A stretch of DNA of 64,000 nt, taken from the NCBI GenBank assembly GCA_046563655.1, contig JAJCTO010000011.1, positions 682,001 to 746,000 of the forward strand, in the 5' to 3' direction. Below the pieces are notes generated by a model. It had not been told where the DNA came from, made no database searches, and saw only the letters and a program-made list of their open reading frames with translations. Positions 61,244 to 64,000 of this stretch are shown here, in pieces (positions within the stretch are counted from its first letter, which is position 1; each line of letters starts with the position of its first letter). This stretch comes from Yuukianura sp. NJ FZ-2021. Its lineage: Eukaryota. Made by a program: the position numbers and the translations under genes.

Positions 61244-61502
61244 TGTAGTGTATTCACACTTATCGTAGTTTTAGTCTCCCTAGTTTTAGTCAAAACTATG
61301 TCCCAGTATTAGGGTGTCCCCTCCCGGTTCCTGCTCTGCGCCCTCATCGCCTAGAGTAGGTACTAACGAAATGTGTGCTACACACACAACCTATCCCTGA
61401 CCCGGTTTTGTACATAACACAATTGGCCTTAGTCTAGAATAAACAATTGTTCATTGTTTAATTCAGTGTCTACTCGTTGTAAGTCATTTCGTAGACACAA
61501 CA
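61244..61502 (+). repeat. Inferred 5' LTR of the gypsy element (259 bp)
   Basis: TGTAGTGT...ACACAACA form a 7/8 terminal inverted repeat; AATAAA at 61438-61443; PBS follows after TTTT. The start could alternatively be 61242. Confidence 0.8.
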
Positions 61503-61506
61503 TTTT

Positions 61507-61516
61507 TGGCGACGAG
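61507..61516 (+). promoter_or_regulatory. Primer-binding site, tRNA-Ser(GCU) type
   Basis: TGGCGACGAG is complementary to the tRNA-Ser(GCU) 3' end (...CUCGUCGCCA) and is typical of Mag-clade elements. Confidence 0.8.
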
Positions 61517-61520
61517 AGTC

Positions 61521-62084
61521 ATGGCTACAATCGGTACTCTTAAACAGTTCGAGTCATCAGTGGACGATTTTGAGGTATGGTGTGATGTCTTCTATTCCTT
61601 TCTGGTTGCAAATTCTATCGATCAAAAAGAGGATGCTGATAAGTCTAGGGCGATCTTCCTGTCATGTGTTGGAATCCCCACTTACACAGTCCTCGTAAAT
61701 CTGATTTCGCCAGAGATGCCGAATAAATTGAAGTTAGACAGAATCATTGAAGTCCTCAAAGCACACTACAAGCCTCCACCAAAAGCACTGGCTGAAAGGT
61801 TCAAGTTTGCCAGTAGGAAGCAAAACAGTGGTGAAAGTGTTAATGCCTTTTTGGCTGAGTTACGCAAGCTAGCAACTACTTGCAAGTTTGGAAATGAACT
61901 AGAGTCCCGTCTTCGGGATCAGTTCATTTTTGGACTCTCCAGTGAACAGGCACAAAAAGCTATTTTTTCCAAGGACGATGCGATTACCCTCTCCGAAACA
62001 GTTAAACTAGCGGTGACTCAGGAAATGGCAAGTCCCGGACACTCGTCCGGGAACAGAATGGTCAATCCGCCGAACACGTGTTGA
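61521..62084 (+). CDS. Gypsy gag capsid region (ends at an in-frame TGA)
   Basis: MATIGTLKQF..., ERFKFASRKQNSGESVNAFLAELRKLATTCKFG...LRDQFIFGL, a typical Mag-type gag. Confidence 0.88.
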   Translation: MATIGTLKQFESSVDDFEVWCDVFYSFLVANSIDQKEDADKSRAIFLSCVGIPTYTVLVNLISPEMPNKLKLDRIIEVLKAHYKPPPKALAERFKFASRKQNSGESVNAFLAELRKLATTCKFGNELESRLRDQFIFGLSSEQAQKAIFSKDDAITLSETVKLAVTQEMASPGHSSGNRMVNPPNTC

Positions 62085-63482
62085 AAGCAGTCTCCACAGA
62101 AGAAGAACACAAATGATGGTGGTAAAGGTCAATCCAACCGTAAGACCAACAAACAATCAACTGGTAAAGGGAAAAAGTCGAATCAGTCAAATTCGTGTCC
62201 CAACTGTGGAAATACTTCACATACAAAAGCCAAAGATTGTCCACATAAAAACGTCAAGTGTCATAACTGTGCAAAATTAGGTCATTTTGCTAAATATTGT
62301 CGTTCTGAGTCTTCTAGTGCTAAGCAGAAATCGCAGACGAACGATGTAAGTCAAGTCAATAATGTCCCTGCTGACAACCAGGACATTATTCGGATTCAAG
62401 TGACCATCAATCAAGTCCCTCACGTAATGGAATTTGATACCGGATGTCGTCGCAGTATCCTATCAGAAGAATTCTGGAAGTCTTCACTTCGTTCTTCACC
62501 TCCACTTCAGAAGTCCAATCAATCATTCCGCACCTACACAAATGAAGTGTTTCACCCCAGTGGCAAGGTTTCAGTAAATCTGGGTTACAAAGGTCAAGTA
62601 CACCATGTAAGACTCAATGTCTCCAAAGGTACGTCACTTTTTAAGAGATTGATTAGATTAGTGAAACCGGAATGGAATGACATCGCTGAACAGTGTAACA
62701 TTGTCTCTTCTAATAAACTGAGTTTACAGTCCCTCCTTGCCGACTTCTCCGATATTTTCAGTGCTCCTAATGGTTGTATCAAGGACTATAAAGCAAAAAT
62801 CGTACTGAAGGAAGATGCAGTTCCAAAATTCCTAAAGGCTCGACCGATCCCTTTTGCTTTACGTCTGAAAGTTGATGCTGAACTTGATTCAATGGAAAAG
62901 GCAGGAGTAATTGAAAGAGTTGACACCAGTGAATGGGCATCCCCCATCGTCGTTTATCCTAAAACTAACGGGAAAGTGAGAATCACTGGCGACTTTAAGA
63001 ATACAGTCAATTGTCAACTACATGTTACTCAGTACCCCCTTGCTCGTTCAGAGGACTTGTTCAGTGTTATTGCCGGTGGTGAAAAGTTCACACGACTTGA
63101 CGGTCCCGATGCTTTTCATCAGGTGGAAGTCGATGAACAGTCAAAAAAGTGTTTAGTGATTAACACTCATCGTGGTCTCTACCGCTACCGTGTCCTACCT
63201 CAGGGTATTGCCTCCTCACCCGCAATTTTTCAAGAGTGCATGGACAAATTGCTCAAGGGAATCTCAATGTCCGGTTCGTTTATGGACGATACCCTAGTGA
63301 GTGGCAAAAATGATCAAGATCATCTCTCCTCACTGAAAATGGTTTTTGAGAGGATGAGAGTTTCAAATTACAAGTTGTCAAAATCAAAGTGTCAGTTTAT
63401 GCAAAAGTCCCTTGAATTCATTGGTCATGTGATCACTTCGGAAGGCATACACGTCTCCCCCGAAAAATTCAAGCACTGTTAA
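62085..63482 (+). CDS. Gypsy zinc knuckles, aspartic protease and RT (same frame as gag, after the TGA)
   Basis: CPNCGNTSH...CP and CHNCAKLGHFAKYC; FDTGC protease; WASPIVV, INTHRGLYRY..LPQGIASSPAIFQ, FMDD and KC.F.....FIGH (RT). Confidence 0.9.
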   Translation, partial: KQSPQKKNTNDGGKGQSNRKTNKQSTGKGKKSNQSNSCPNCGNTSHTKAKDCPHKNVKCHNCAKLGHFAKYCRSESSSAKQKSQTNDVSQVNNVPADNQDIIRIQVTINQVPHVMEFDTGCRRSILSEEFWKSSLRSSPPLQKSNQSFRTYTNEVFHPSGKVSVNLGYKGQVHHVRLNVSKGTSLFKRLIRLVKPEWNDIAEQCNIVSSNKLSLQSLLADFSDIFSAPNGCIKDYKAKIVLKEDAVPKFLKARPIPFALRLKVDAELDSMEKAGVIERVDTSEWASPIVVYPKTNGKVRITGDFKNTVNCQLHVTQYPLARSEDLFSVIAGGEKFTRLDGPDAFHQVEVDEQSKKCLVINTHRGLYRYRVLPQGIASSPAIFQECMDKLLKGISMSGSFMDDTLVSGKNDQDHLSSLKMVFERMRVSNYKLSKSKCQFMQKSLEFIGHVITSEGIHVSPEKFKHC

Positions 63483-64000
63483 GTATACAGCAACCACAAA
63501 GTGTCACTGAAGTGAAATCGTTTCTTGGCCTGGTTAACTTTTATTGTCGTTTTGTTCCCTCACTTTCAGACATTTGCACCCCACTTTACGAACTAACCCG
63601 TAAAGATGTCAAGTTCAAATGGTCTAACCAGTGTCAGTCAGCGTTTGACAGAGTGAAACGTGAACTCTCAAACACTCCAGTACTCGCACACCATGATCAG
63701 TCCAAGCCGATCGGGATCAGCTGTGATGCCTCCAAGTTCGGAATTGGTGTTGTTCTTTTTCACAAGGAAAATGGATTGGAACGACCCATCGCTTTCGCTT
63801 CAAAAACTCTTACTGCTGCCGAGTCTCGTTATTCACAAATCGAGAAGGAAGCACTGTCAATTGTTTTTGGAGTGAAAAAGTTTTTTCAGTATTTGTGCGG
63901 TCGTCCATTCTCTATTGTCACTGATCATAAACCACTTTTGTCCATTTTTGGTTCTAGTGCAGTTCCCTCGTTTGTGGCTACTCGACTTAACAAGTGGTCA
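63467..64000 (+). CDS. Gypsy pol continuation: RT connection and RNase H (frameshifted, partial)
   Basis: Translated by eye: IQALLSIQQPQSVTEVKSFLGLVNFY...SCDASKFGIG...RPIAFASKTL...YSQIEKEAL...VTDHKPL. Joins the upstream frame if one A is added to the A5 run at 63463-63467. Confidence 0.88.
   Translation, partial: MQALLSIQQPQSVTEVKSFLGLVNFYCRFVPSLSDICTPLYELTRKDVKFKWSNQCQSAFDRVKRELSNTPVLAHHDQSKPIGISCDASKFGIGVVLFHKENGLERPIAFASKTLTAAESRYSQIEKEALSIVFGVKKFFQYLCGRPFSIVTDHKPLLSIFGSSAVPSFVATRLNKWS

Larger units (their letters stand above)
61244..64000 (+). mobile_element. Ty3/gypsy LTR retrotransposon, Mag-like; 5' part, runs off the window end
   Basis: Short LTR, TGGCGACGAG PBS, Mag-type gag, two zinc knuckles, protease, RT and RNase H. 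Confidence 0.92.

Noticed and set aside
56288..61293. Many short antisense or alternative-frame ORFs inside the retroelements (also 25660-28787 and 31697-36984)
   Set aside because: Shadow ORFs of long coding sequences with no recognisable motifs.

Overview
Eukaryotic (invertebrate, probably arthropod; inference from the TE clades) heterochromatin- or centromere-like window with no host gene. About 220 head-to-tail copies of a highly homogeneous 196-bp satellite (1-24432, 30096-31085, 38087-55663) are interrupted by young retroelements. (1) An apparently full-length Loa-like LINE on the minus strand (24433-30095; ORF1, APE-RT-RNase H; 9-bp TSD ACAGTAGCA). (2) A complete Bel/Pao LTR element (31086-38086; two 579-bp LTRs identical by eye; tRNA-Phe PBS; 5-bp TSD AGCAG). 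(3) A second, divergent Bel/Pao element on the minus strand (55664-61243). (4) A Mag-like Ty3/gypsy element inserted in the gag of element 3 (61244 to window end; tRNA-Ser PBS). Main observations: the LINE and the first Bel/Pao sit at essentially the same position of the monomer, exactly 5 monomers apart. Both Bel/Pao elements share a sequence-independent '10-bp hairpin + 9 nt + LTR' layout at the PPT and an extended integrase C-terminal loop. The LINE 5' leader is richly base-paired. AGGTCA nuclear-receptor half-sites cluster in the TE non-coding regions. The satellite shows variant domains with nascent 4-, 5- and 10-mer higher-order repeats. Most frameshifts are single-base losses in homopolymers and may be consensus errors. 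All calls were made by eye; no searches were run.
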